Part shown: in pieces, positions 50,575 to 61,740 of the stretch
How positions within the stretch are numbered: the first letter of the stretch is position 1
Layout: the number at the start of each line of letters is the position of its first letter
Origin: Pavona decussata
Taxonomy: Eukaryota
Assembly (NCBI GenBank): GCA_977016875.1
Contig: CDRNST010000083.1
Span: 744,001 to 808,000 of the forward strand
DNA length: 64,000 nucleotides
Direction of reading: 5' to 3'
Position numbers and translations under genes: made by a program
Notes under the pieces: model-generated
Database searches by the model: none
Told to the model about the DNA's origin: nothing
Seen by the model: the letters and a program-made list of their open reading frames with translations, nothing else

Positions 50575-50965
50575 TCACAATCGCCCTACGCATTTTGTAA
50601 AACACTGCCTTAACAGCCAGCTTTTGGCTGGCAAGTATGAACAATGTGATGCGAAATATTCGAATTTAGGAAAGGGAGAGTTCCTTGTAAAAAGCTGTTC
50701 GAGCAATAATTGGTTGTTTGCTACGAATTTGTCGGATCCAAGTTGCCAATGTGAAAGCTGGCATAGAACGCATTTCCCTCGGAAGCATTTCTGTGCAGTC
50801 TTCAAATTCTTTGAAGAGTGGGACTTTAACACCTTAGCACTCTCCTGCAGGAACAGTATGCTCATAACTCTTAACAATGGTGATTTCAGTAACTGCAATC
50901 CTATTGAAGAACCACCCTTACTGCCATGTGCACTGGATAACTGCAACAAAAGCACAAATTTATGA
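50575..50965 (+). pseudogene. SWIM zinc-finger fragment of a MULE-like transposase
   Basis: HNRPTHFVKHCL ... PSCQCESWHRTHFPRKHFCAVF (CxC..PCKH with C changed to R). Confidence 0.6.
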
Positions 50966-51679
50966 GAACAACAATCACTTCTGACGAAAAAGAAGAAACA
51001 GATGGATCCCAAATACCACCTTTGCAACCTAGAGTCGCTACTACTGAACCACCTCCACAAAAATCTAACGTCACAAAGGCTAGTAGACGACATTCAAGGT
51101 TGATGACAGTTCTTGAGAATGTTACCGCAGTGGTGGAAACTCGGTAAACACAATGCCAAGAAAGGTTCTCCCCAACAAAATGAGCTTCTCCTGCAGTCCT
51201 GAAAAAATATAAGTTAAAAGTAACTGAAGTAGACTACTACCATGTATTCCACAAAACGCTGCGTGCATGCTAACTGCATAACAAAACAAGAAAAGAAGGG
51301 GTGATGACTTGGGGAAAACTGATTTTTTCCAGAAAGGTTTGAGTAATGGCTTAACCCTACTTTCTTCTTGCTGACTTGTTCCCAGGCCAAACTTGTTTAA
51401 AATGTGTCCCTTGATGACAACACTGCCTCAGAACCAGATGATGAATGTACTGCTTCAACACAGCAAGGAAGTGCCAGTGCAATCTATCATTGATATCATA
51501 AAACATGACATTGCCCAATACCCTTGTTTTCCAAACTTGTATTGGAAAGGTTTTCATGTAGTCTATCCAAGGAAGAATCAAAAGCACCATCATGTGATGT
51601 AGTTGCTAGGATCAAGATGATACAACTGAAGGTTGGTTTTAATGAATACAATACTACAAATAGGCCATTCAAAATTAAA

Positions 51680-51680
<1 letters not shown>

Positions 51681-51722
<42 letters not shown>

Positions 51723-52311
51723 TAATCAATATAGCGCTTTTTATATAATATTCAAAAGTGCTTACAATATAAAAACGGAAAATTTAGTCAACATCAATAG
51801 AATATAAAATTTAAGAATAATCAATCAAACAAAAAGTAAGAACTAAAATAAATAAAGTAAAGAATAATCAAATGTCATATGCTTTTTCAAACTAAAATGT
51901 CTTCAAGTGTTTCTTGAAAGTATTTAAGATCTTGGCAGTCCTAATTGCCAGAGGAAGCTTATTCCACTTGGATGGACCAGCAAAAGCGAATGCTCGATCA
52001 CCAAAAATCTTACATTGGGTTCGAGGCACCTCTAACAAAGTGAGGTCATTAGATCTCAAAGAGCTTCTGATTGATGCCTTTTCCCTGATGAGATCACAGA
52101 TATAACGTGGAGCAATACCATTAAACCCTTTGAAAACAAGTAGTAATATTTTGAATTCGATCCGAAACTCTACGGGTAACCAGTGAAGATCTTTTAGATA
52201 AGGTGAGATGTGACTAAATTTGGGTACTAGACAGACGACTCTACCTGCAGCATTGAGGACTTTTTGGAGCCGATCCAGTTGATATTTTGGAAGTCCAGAA
52301 AGGAGAGAGTA
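51681..52311 (-). mobile_element. L2-group LINE 3' end with (TTA)n tail
   Basis: The - strand encodes GLPKYQLDRLQKVLNAA..LHWLPVEFRIEFKILLL..GDRAFAFAGPSKWNKLP; (TAA)n on + at 51681-51724. Confidence 0.85.
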
Positions 52312-52729
52312 TTTGACTTACTGACCACACTGCCTTCCAGGACACAGTCTGAAAAGGAAATGAATTAAGAGCATTAACGACTAAAAAAAAAGAAAAAAAA
52401 AGAGCATTACCGACTCAATTCCCACTTTTTCGGGGTGGATGCGTAACTGATATGGTGAGTAGTGAAATATTGTCTATCCGTACCCAGGAAATGGACATCC
52501 TAAATATGTCCAAGATAAACAAGTTGTTTCCTTTACACAGTGGTTCAACATGGGGCAAGAACTCGACAATTGTAGATGGGTGAAACATTCAAGGGAATTG
52601 AAAAAATTCTCATTCCAATGAATATTTCAGGAATACACTAGATCTTGCTGCTATCCAAGAACAATTTCAGAATGGAACAAACTCCCAAGGGAAATTGTAG
52701 TGTCCAGTTCACTGGCTGCTTTTATAAAT

Positions 52730-54629
52730 GTGACCTTGCACAGGAAAACGTACTTTAACACTTATCCGTTAAACGGGCAAAAACGGATGGTTAATGGCCT
52801 CCAAAGCATTTTAACGTTTTGTTCTAACGGATAATAAGCAATGCCTAACGGATTGCAAAGGCGTTTGAACGGTTGCACAATCTGCTCTAACGGATAGCTT
52901 GAGCCGTTAAACGGTTGAGCAAGATATCTAACGGATGCTGTAAAGGCGTTAAACGGTTTGCTTAACGGCCACCTGAAAGCGTTTAACGGTGGAGTTATGA
53001 CGAAAAAGGCGCAGCTGATGGCGAAAACAATACGGTAAAGATTTACAGTTAGAAGCAAAAACCTGAGACGAAACTATTGAAGGAAATGGGTGACGCGACT
53101 CAAACGAAACTAAGCCCAACACTGCTCACAAACCAAGCGTCAAATTCACGACAGGCTGCAAAAAGGCTTTTCTTCCAAATAACAGATCAAACCCAAGCGA
53201 GAAATAATCGAGTTGCTCGTTCTAGTTAGCTTATGAACTTGAGTCGCGACTCACCAATTCGAATTTTTCGAAGAGAAAAATATTTTCAGTGTTCTAAGAA
53301 TCTGACTTCCAAGGTACTTAAATGACGTAAACAAAAAATAATTTCTTTTCACCCCTTGTTTTATACACGCACACAATCCATAGAATGTCTGGGATCCCAG
53401 GACACCTCGCATGCTTCAGTCGGCTTCAGTTTCTGAACCAAAAATTGTATCTGTGATTCCAGGCGCTATCAAGAGAAAACTTGTGGTTTCAATTACCACA
53501 TTACGGATACCTAGTATTAACTATTTCAAACTCTTATAGCGAGGAAGAAGAAAACGGATTGTCCGTTACTCGATCAGCTGTCAAAGAAAACAACTTTATG
53601 CAAATTCAAAATGCGCGTCTTGAATGTTCGATTTCACGTACCCAAGTCCCTCACGAGTAAACATACATCGTTGCTGTTTTGTAATTATCTACTATATTTA
53701 CAAAATGTTACTGAAAAAAGTAGCAGTCATTAGCAGTGCTGGCATGCTTGGCTTTATAAATTCGATTCAGAGCAGCCTTCCAATCCATCGACTCTTACGC
53801 GGGAGCACGTGAACAAGATTGACCCAAGATTGCGGCTTTTTCGCGGAATATAATACCATGGCTTCTGAAATATCTTCGCTGCGAAAGTAGTACGCTGTGC
53901 AAGATTATACTTGATTGTACTTGAATCTTTCGAATGAAAACTTCGGAAAAAGCATTTCCTTATTTAAAAACGTACAATGTGTATGGTAGAATTCGGCAAG
54001 GAACCGGGGAAACTTCAATGTGGCCATTCGCTTGCCTTTGAGCAGACTTTGTTTACATCTTCGGCGTAGGGTTACAAATTTGCATAATATTATCGAGATC
54101 ATCGAATCTCAAAAGATAATGTCACGTTTTCTTCATTTCAAATTGTAACCGTGTCTTCCTCTGACAGATGACTGGAATACCTGTCCACTAAACCCAGTAA
54201 TAAACAGTGAAAGAAGCGAAAAAATGGAAGAAGCTAAGAATGGAAACACGCGAGATCGCTACCAGTACGCTTCACGTAATTGTGCTATATTGTACTTTAA
54301 TCTTTCGAATCAAAACTTCGAAAACAGCATTTCGTTAAGGATGGAGAGCGCTTCATCTGTTCTAAGGGATGCAAAGTTTCTTAATGGCTACTTTGCCCGT
54401 TAAACGGATGCTGGATTTTCCTAACGGCTTACTAAGCCGCTCTGACGGCTACCAAATTCTCTTTAACGGTTACGCTAACCGTTCTAACGGTTTGATGTTA
54501 ACGTTTAAAGGGTATGCTAACGCTTCTAACGTTTTTGATACAGTTCTTTAACGGATGACTAACGGATACTTAACGGCATTGCCCGTTTAACGGATAAGCA
54601 TTAAAGTACGTTTTCCTGTGCAAGGTCAC
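52730..54629 (-). mobile_element. Non-autonomous TIR element, copy 2 (inverted relative to copy 1)
   Basis: AAAT|GTGACCTTGCACAGGAAAACGTACTTTAA ... TTAAAGTACGTTTTCCTGTGCAAGGTCAC|AAAT; perfect 4-bp TSD. Confidence 0.92.
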
Positions 54630-54790
54630 AAATGCAATTTTTGACATCTGCTGACCTTTTTAAGTATTTATTTATTATTATTATTACTATTATTATTATT
54701 ATTTTTTTTTTTTTTTTAAGAGTGGTCTACAATGCTCAGTATTGAGTGACAGACCTACCTGGTAAATAAATAAAAAAATAAATAAATCAG

Positions 54791-55570
54791 ATGGTGAACC
54801 TGGACTGTGTTGGTCACGTCCAAAAGAGAATGGGAAAGCATCTGATGAATCTTAGAGCTAGAACTAAAGGAAAGCTTCAAGATGGAAAGCCCATCGGTGG
54901 TCAATGCCGAGTGACTGAAGGAAATGTCAAGCAGCTCAAAAGTACTATGGTTTGGGGATCTGCCGGAAAACTCTCTCCAAAGTAAATCCGTTAGAGAAGG
55001 AAGTTGTTCATGCAACAAACAAAAAAATTATTGCTATACTACACGACAGTGTAAAGTCAAATGATCCTGCAAAACAACATCGATTTTGTCACCAGGAGAA
55101 AACTCATGGTGCAATTGGCAGCAGGACCAGGGAACTGGCACCAAAACTTACAAAGGGGATGACTGTTTGCCAGAAGTATTTCTGGAGGTCTTAAAACCAA
55201 CGTTTCTTACCCTGAGTGACTCCAAGATTCTGGGAAGATGTGTGGGAGGAACAACACAAAATCCAAATGTTTATCAACTCAATGGTTAGATGCCCTTAAC
55301 ACAAGCACCATGGGGCTAAAGCGTTGCGTTGTGCAGCTGCATGTGCAATTTGCCACTTTCACAGAGGAGCAGATATCGGAAAGAGAATTATTGAAAGACT
55401 TTCTGTTCCACATGGGTCACATACAAGCATCTCAATTTGCATCAAGGACAAAGAGAGTACATAAGGCTACAGCAAAAGGGAAAAGCGTTCCCAGGGCCAA
55501 CAACTTCTTCGTACAAGGCGGGAGGAAACCCTTCGGGAGATGGAGGGCATCACTTATGAACCTGGGGGGT
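54791..55570 (+). pseudogene. C-terminal fragment of a Mutator-like/Kolobok-group transposase
   Basis: LDCVGHVQKRMGKHL..L.DGKPIGG, QHRFC.PGENSWCNWQ, CLPEVFLEVLKPTF..LSD and RCVGGTTQNPN; frameshifted. Confidence 0.7.
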
Positions 55571-55913
55571 TTAAATGTGCTTCCCAAAACAAGCAATTAT
55601 AATAACTGACGTCTGTCACTAGTTTGAGCTACACTTTGAACAAAACACCTATTTATTTTTATTATCTGTTTTAAAAGCCAAGTTTCTCAAGTTATAGATT
55701 TTCCGTCTATGAGTAAAGATATCTCGAGAAAGATTTAAGCTATTGAACTGAATTGGTCAAGATAGTTAGTTCTCTTGCGTACTAACTGCGAGGATCTTTC
55801 TTCTATTGGATCTTTCATTCGCAGTTCAAAATATATGGTTTATATGTTTTCATTTATTTATTCTTCCTTCCGGGGTATATATTATGAGCTCAGAACATGA
55901 CCAGCTCCCAGTT

Positions 55914-55986
55914 GGCATGATAGCTCACTTGATAGAGCACTGCACCGGCATTGCAGAGTTTATTGGTTCGAATCCCGTTCAGGCTT
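55914..55986 (+). repeat. tRNA-like dispersed repeat or pseudo-tRNA
   Basis: GGCATGATAGCTCACTTGATAGAGCACTGCACCGG...GGTTCGAATCCCGTTCAGGCT; degenerate A and B boxes. Confidence 0.6.
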
Positions 55987-56002
55987 AAACGGTTCCCGTT
56001 CA

Positions 56003-57628
56003 GCGTTAAACGGTTTGCTTAACGGCCACCTGAAAGCGTTTAACGGTGGAGTTATGACAAAAAAGGCGCAGCCGATGGCGAAAACATTACAATAAAGATT
56101 TACAGTTAGAAGCAAAAACCTGAGACGAAACGATTGAAGGAAACGAGTGAAGCGACTCAAACGAAACTAAACCCAACACTGCCCACAAACCAAGCGTCAA
56201 ATTCACGACAGACTGAAAAAAGGCTTTTCTTAACCAAATAACAGATCAAACCCAAGCGAGAAATAATCGAGCCGCTCGTTCTAGTTGACTTATGAACTTG
56301 AGTCGCGACTCATTAATTCGAATTTTTCGAAGAGAAAAATATTTTCAGTGCTCTAAGAATCTGACTTCCAAGGTAAGTTACCCAGATACTAAAATGATGA
56401 AAACAAAAATTACTTCTTTTCACCCCATGTTTTATACACGCACACAATCCTTAGAATGTCTGGGATCCCAGGACACTTCGCATGCTTCAGTCGGCTTCAG
56501 TTTCTGAACCAAAAATTGTATCTGTCATTCAAGGCGCTATCAAGAGAAAACTTGTGGTTTCAATTACCACATTACGAATACCTAGTATTAACTATTTCAA
56601 ACTCTTATAGCGAGGAAGAAACGGATTGTCCGTTTATACTCGGTTGTTGCGCTTCTGTTAGCTGTCAAAGTAAACAACTTTATGCAAATTCAAAATTAGC
56701 CTGTGTAGGCTTTTTCGCGGAATGTAACACGATCGCTTCTGAAATACTGCATCTTCGCTGCGAAAGCAGTACGCTGCGCAAGATTATACTTCATTGAATC
56801 TTTCGAATGAAAACTTCGGAAAAAGCATTTACTTATTTAAAAACGTACAACGTTTATGGTAGAATTCGGCAAAGAACCGGGGAAACTTCAACGTGGCCGT
56901 TCGCATGCCTTTGAGCAGACTTTGTTTACATCTTGGGCGTAGCGTTATGCATTTGGATAAATATTATCGACATCATCGAATATCAAAAGGCAATGTCACG
57001 TTTTCTTCATTTCAAATTGTAACCGTGTCTTCCTCTGACAGATGACTGGAATACCTGTCCACTAAACCCAGTAATAAACAGTGAAAGAAGCGAAAAAATG
57101 GAAGAAGCTAAGAATGGAAACACGGGAGATCGCTACCAGTACGCTGCACATAATTATGCTGGATTGTACTTTAATCTTTCGAATCAAAACTTCGAAAACA
57201 GCATTTCCTTGATTAAAAAACGCACAATAGTTTCTGGTGTTATTTCTCGACGTCTTATTGTAGAGTAAGAGGACTCGGGAATTAAAAAAAGATTCATATT
57301 AACTGTTTTTGTGACATTGTTTAGCGGATAGACTTAAGGATGGAGAGCGTTTCATCTGTTCTAACGGATGCAAAGTTTCTCAACGGCTACTTTACCCGTT
57401 AAACGGATGCTGGATTTTCCTAACGGATTACTAAGCCGCTCTAACAGCTACCAAATTCTCTTTAACGGTTACACTAACGGTGCTAACGGTTTGATGTGAA
57501 CGTTTAACGGGTACGCTAACACCTCTAACGTTTTTGATACAGTTCTTTAACGGATGACTAACGGATACTTAACGGCATTGCCCGTTTAACGGATAAGCGT
57601 TAAAGTACGTTTTCCTGTGCAAGGTCAC
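56003..57628 (-). mobile_element. Non-autonomous TIR element, copy 3 (one end truncated, internal deletion)
   Basis: Colinear with 52960-54629; intact terminus ...CCTGTGCAAGGTCAC|AAAT. Confidence 0.9.
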
Positions 57629-57899
57629 AAATAATCTTAAAGGAGAACTGAAGTCTAAAAATCATATATTTTTTGTATTCATTTTCAGGAGGTTTAAGAG
57701 GTAATAAATCAAGTTTCGGTAGTTGTTTTGGTCGATGTGTTGTTGTTTTTGTGAAAAAACGGGTTTGAAGTTGCCTTTTCCCCGCTTTTTGAACATAATC
57801 ATTGCGGGCTCAAAGTAGTTGTCAGCGGCATCATATGACGTCCCTGGTGGGGACGACATTCTGGTCCACAACGAGAATAGCATAGTTTTAACAGTAAAA

Positions 57900-58731
57900 A
57901 CGGTACAAGTGGTATACAGCCTTCTCAATTCGAGCCAATGTATCCTCCAGGCGAGGAACCTATTGACTCGGAAGAAGAGAGCCAAGAAGAAGAGTCCATT
58001 CCCAATCTCACAACGAGAATTGGGAATATCGAGTGGTGTATTTGTGCGGGAAATTGCGCAAGCATGTCTACCGCCGAAGAATGTCACTGCTGCCAAGAGC
58101 TAGAGGAGCTTAACTCCAAATTCGATGAAGCAGGTTTGTCTCCATTCGTATGACATTGTTAACAAAGATTCAGATGATTTGGATCAGTCAGATGCAATTG
58201 GTCGATTCACTGTCGATTGTACTATAATAGCTTGCATTACAGTCGACCAACAAATTTGCTTCTGATATATATTTGACCCGACATTGTTTTTTTTTCTTAC
58301 AGCAGGAATTGAATGTATCACCGAACATAACAAATTCGGGATTGTTTGCCTCGACACCGATGTTTTAAATACAGCTTTGGTGGAAATTCACAATGCACGC
58401 TGCAATCCTTACCGAACCCAATCGAGAACAGGTCAGTTGGAGTTGGTCTTTGGAATTCGTTTGTTTGACCGATGTATCAACAAACCAGACTTCACGCTGC
58501 TTTATTCGTGTCGCACATTGTGCCAAAATATAAATTAATCACGATTTTTTCCTTTCTAGAATGTGGCGTTTAGCGGCCTACCAACAGTTCACTTGGTGGG
58601 TCCACAGTGTTCTCGGGAGGAAATACCGGCGAGTGATTCCAGCGTGTGTTGTGAAAACAATTCGTCGCCAATTTCCAGAGGAAAGCGGCGAGTATGCAGG
58701 ATTCAAGCCAGCAGTACTTGATTTAAATTGA
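57900..58731 (+). pseudogene. KolX (P2X7 ballast-like), three exons (~57900-58133, 58306-58431, 58560-58731), apparent 1-bp deletion at ~58410
   Basis: GIQPSQFEP, RIGNIEWCIC.GNC..M.T.EECHCCQE, CITEH..F..VCLD.DVL and RLAAYQQFTWWVH..LGR..RRVIPACVV..IR.QFPE..GEY.GF. Confidence 0.88.
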
Positions 58732-59636
58732 TTGTCGAGGTCAACAGTACAGAATTCAGTTGGCATGGGTGGATACTGAGATGGTTCTTCAAAGCTCCCG
58801 TAAAGCTCTTGACAACAACAACATTCTTCCCCAGTACACATAGAAGTCCCCTCAAATGCATCATTCGATATTTAGTCTCTTATTCTGAGTAAATAGGTCC
58901 CTCTTATTATAAATTTCTTCTAAGTTAACATTTTTTACTTTCGAATTATACAAGTTATTCTCCAACAGATCAATATGCCTTAATTATTTTCAAACAGCAA
59001 ATGGTATATTTACAAATTTGAAAACAATACTTGAGCGTAACACTACACCTAAAAAAATTATTCTTGTCTGTTTTGCGTGTGTACAAGCCCGAATACTGAA
59101 TAGTATTTTCCTATTTCTCGTTTAACATAAAAGAGACATGAATCCTTATTTCTGCTTAGTTATTTCATTCTGAGCATCGTATGGCAATTCTTTCGATCTC
59201 AGGATCGTTTTAAAATTCCGCGCAGTACATGCAAGTGTTGCAGTTTTACATTAAAATATGTAATGATTATTCAGGTTACCACCATAATTTTTTTCTCTTT
59301 TGTAATGTCTAAGTATCAACTATCATTGTTAGACCTCTTCATCGCTAGTGTCATTGTGTTGTTCCCTTTGAAATCGATTTTCAATTTGACTATTTGCAGC
59401 ACATGAATGAGCATTCCAATTTATAATTTCTTTTGGTGGTTTTGTATTTCAAAACAACTGGAAATTTGATTACTTTTAGTTCGATTATGCATTATGATGA
59501 TCAGCTGGGATTGAGCTGACAAAAATCTTCAATTCTCTAGTCAAATGTTGCTTATGATAGACATTCAAGCAGATTAAAGAGGTCCACCAGAAAAAATTAT
59601 ATATCTTCCGCATGCCTGATAGTAAAGTAATTTCAT

Positions 59637-61636
59637 TAATCTGAAAATCTGGATGTGTGTCAAGCAATTACTTCAGCTTTACCTGGGCGAGGAGTGGCAG
59701 CAATATTGCGTAGGATGTGAGGTGCTTTGAGAGTGGCACTTCTTTCCTCCGGATCTTGCTGCTTTCTTTGAATGATTGCATCCAGCATTGGCTTGAGATG
59801 GTCTCTTGTTGTCTTTTCCATAACTGGTTTTGCAATCCATTCTTTAGATCGTTTTGGGTAGACCACCTTGTAACGAAGCTCTCCCTCACTTGCTCCTTTT
59901 GACGAAGTAGCTTGTTCTCTCCCAGTATTGCCATTGTGGTCTAGAGCTGCTAACTGGGTTCTTGCTACCATGCCCTTGTAAGAAAAGTGCTGCCGTTTTG
60001 GAAGGTATTTTGTTTGTACGCTGTGGTACACCTCCAGTGTCCCAGTGTGACAGCTCAACATCAATTACTGGACGTCTTTTAGGAGATTTTTGTCAAAAAC
60101 CACCTCTTTGAGAGCCTCATGTGCAGGCGATCCAGGCCGGAGCCACCCCTTAGTTCTTGCCACATTTCTAGGGATGGGTGGGTGAGCACATTCATGATAC
60201 AAATCTGCACTGTCCCAGTGATGAACATTGGCACTGTGGTGGACAATTGATATCCACTTCTCCCATAGGAGTTCCTTGTTCCCCTCACAAGAGTCAGCAC
60301 ACCACCAGAGGTGATTGGACACAGACTTGATCCAGGGAGAAAGTTCACGGCAGTCCTTCTCTTTTGCCTTCTCTGTTAGTTTTTTTGTAATGCTTTTGGC
60401 CAAATGCCAAACATCAAACTGGTGGTATACATCAGGGTAGTTTTTTTTTTTTAATATCAGATTTTATGGATACATGTCTATCTGTTGCAACAACCTTTAC
60501 ATGAGCCCCTTTACCCTGAATACTATCCATGCATCTTTTGAACCCCTCCCTTTCCACAGCATTACTGCTGGTTACCTCAGTAACCTGAACAATTTGGAAG
60601 TCGACTATTTTGTCACTGTTTTGGTGAATCATTATGTATGTGCCATACTTGGCACTGTGCCCAGGGCTGTTGCATCGACCATCTCCAGAAAGCCACAATT
60701 CTTTGTTTTTCAGATAAGCAAAAACAGCATTTTGCTCCCCTTCCCAAACCTCGTTACTCACAGGAAATAAATACTTGTCTTGGATGTTGTAAAAGGTTTT
60801 CTCACTAAAAATACTTAATTCCAAAATCTGTGCTAATGAAGCCATTTTAGTGTAGGTGCTCCCACTGAAAAGCATTGAAGAAGACAATAACAGGTTACCA
60901 GCAGCCATCCCCTTTATCATCGGCTGGCTTTGCCATAACTGGGCGTGGCCATTGAAACATTTCAATGTAACAAACAATTGAGTACCCTGAGTGGAGGCAG
61001 GTTTTTTTTTGCACGGCAGCACCGCACTCAGGGCACCAATTAAAAAGTTCATACAAGTTTTGTTCGAAAAGAATAAATTTAACATCATCCTGGGGCTTTA
61101 ATTCTTTTGTATCATCTGTATCGGGCAGTGAATCATCTGATAGCACTTCAACACATTTGGGTGGTACAAAGGATGGATCCTTTCAAAGTGACAAAGTGTC
61201 AGTCTCTTCATGTTTAGAAGGTGAGTCTATATGCATTTCAATGGGAGAGTTTGAAGCCTCATCAAATGTCTGATCAGTTTGGGTACTTTGGTAACACATG
61301 GTCACTTCAAAAGATGTATTGTTTGTCTGGACCGCAGTCGTCTTCTGCATAAGCTGCACCCCTCGTGTGTTGACCTGACACCCAACATCATAGGTCTCCT
61401 TCGGTGGAACGAGTGGAAATAGCTGCGACTCTGTCGTGTCCATTTCTTGGAATATGTCTTCGGGACAATTAAGGGGACTAACTGCCGTGCCAGGTTCGCT
61501 TGAGGTGCTAGGTATCGCTAAAGTCTGTTGCGAACAAGCATGGGAACCATCGGATGAAACAGGTTCGGTGGAGGTACCAAAGTCCTTTGCAGCAGGAGGT
61601 GAGTGGCAAGGGGAAGTGAGCACGGACGCGAGATAC
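59637..61636 (-). pseudogene. Kolobok transposase (THAP exon not in the window)
   Basis: WQSQP..AAGNLLLS, SGDGRCNSPGHSAKYGTY, VATDRH, HQFDVWH, SNHLWWCA, CHTGTLEVYHS..KYLPKR.HF and AALDHN; frameshifts and stops. Confidence 0.9.
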
Positions 61637-61740
61637 TGCAAACCAAAAGAGAGGCTATTTAACTCTTACCATGCCCAGGTAAACTCGATATCAAATCATT
61701 GCAATTGTAAACCTGAGAGCAAAAATGATGTTTCCTTTAA

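Larger units (their letters stand above)
57641..61736 (-). mobile_element. Kolobok transposon (KolX on +, transposase on -), interrupted at TTAA 61737-61740
   Basis: TTAA|AGGAGAACTGAAGTC terminus at 57641; convergent genes as in 19756-25938. Confidence 0.78.

Noticed and set aside
52440-52705. Possible further LINE 3' end (PRTISEWNKLP)
   Set aside because: One short motif in heavily decayed sequence; boundaries cannot be supported.
57900-58731. Host P2RX7 gene
   Set aside because: Only the ballast-like domain is present, with no transmembrane or ectodomain exons, and it lies inside a Kolobok terminus.
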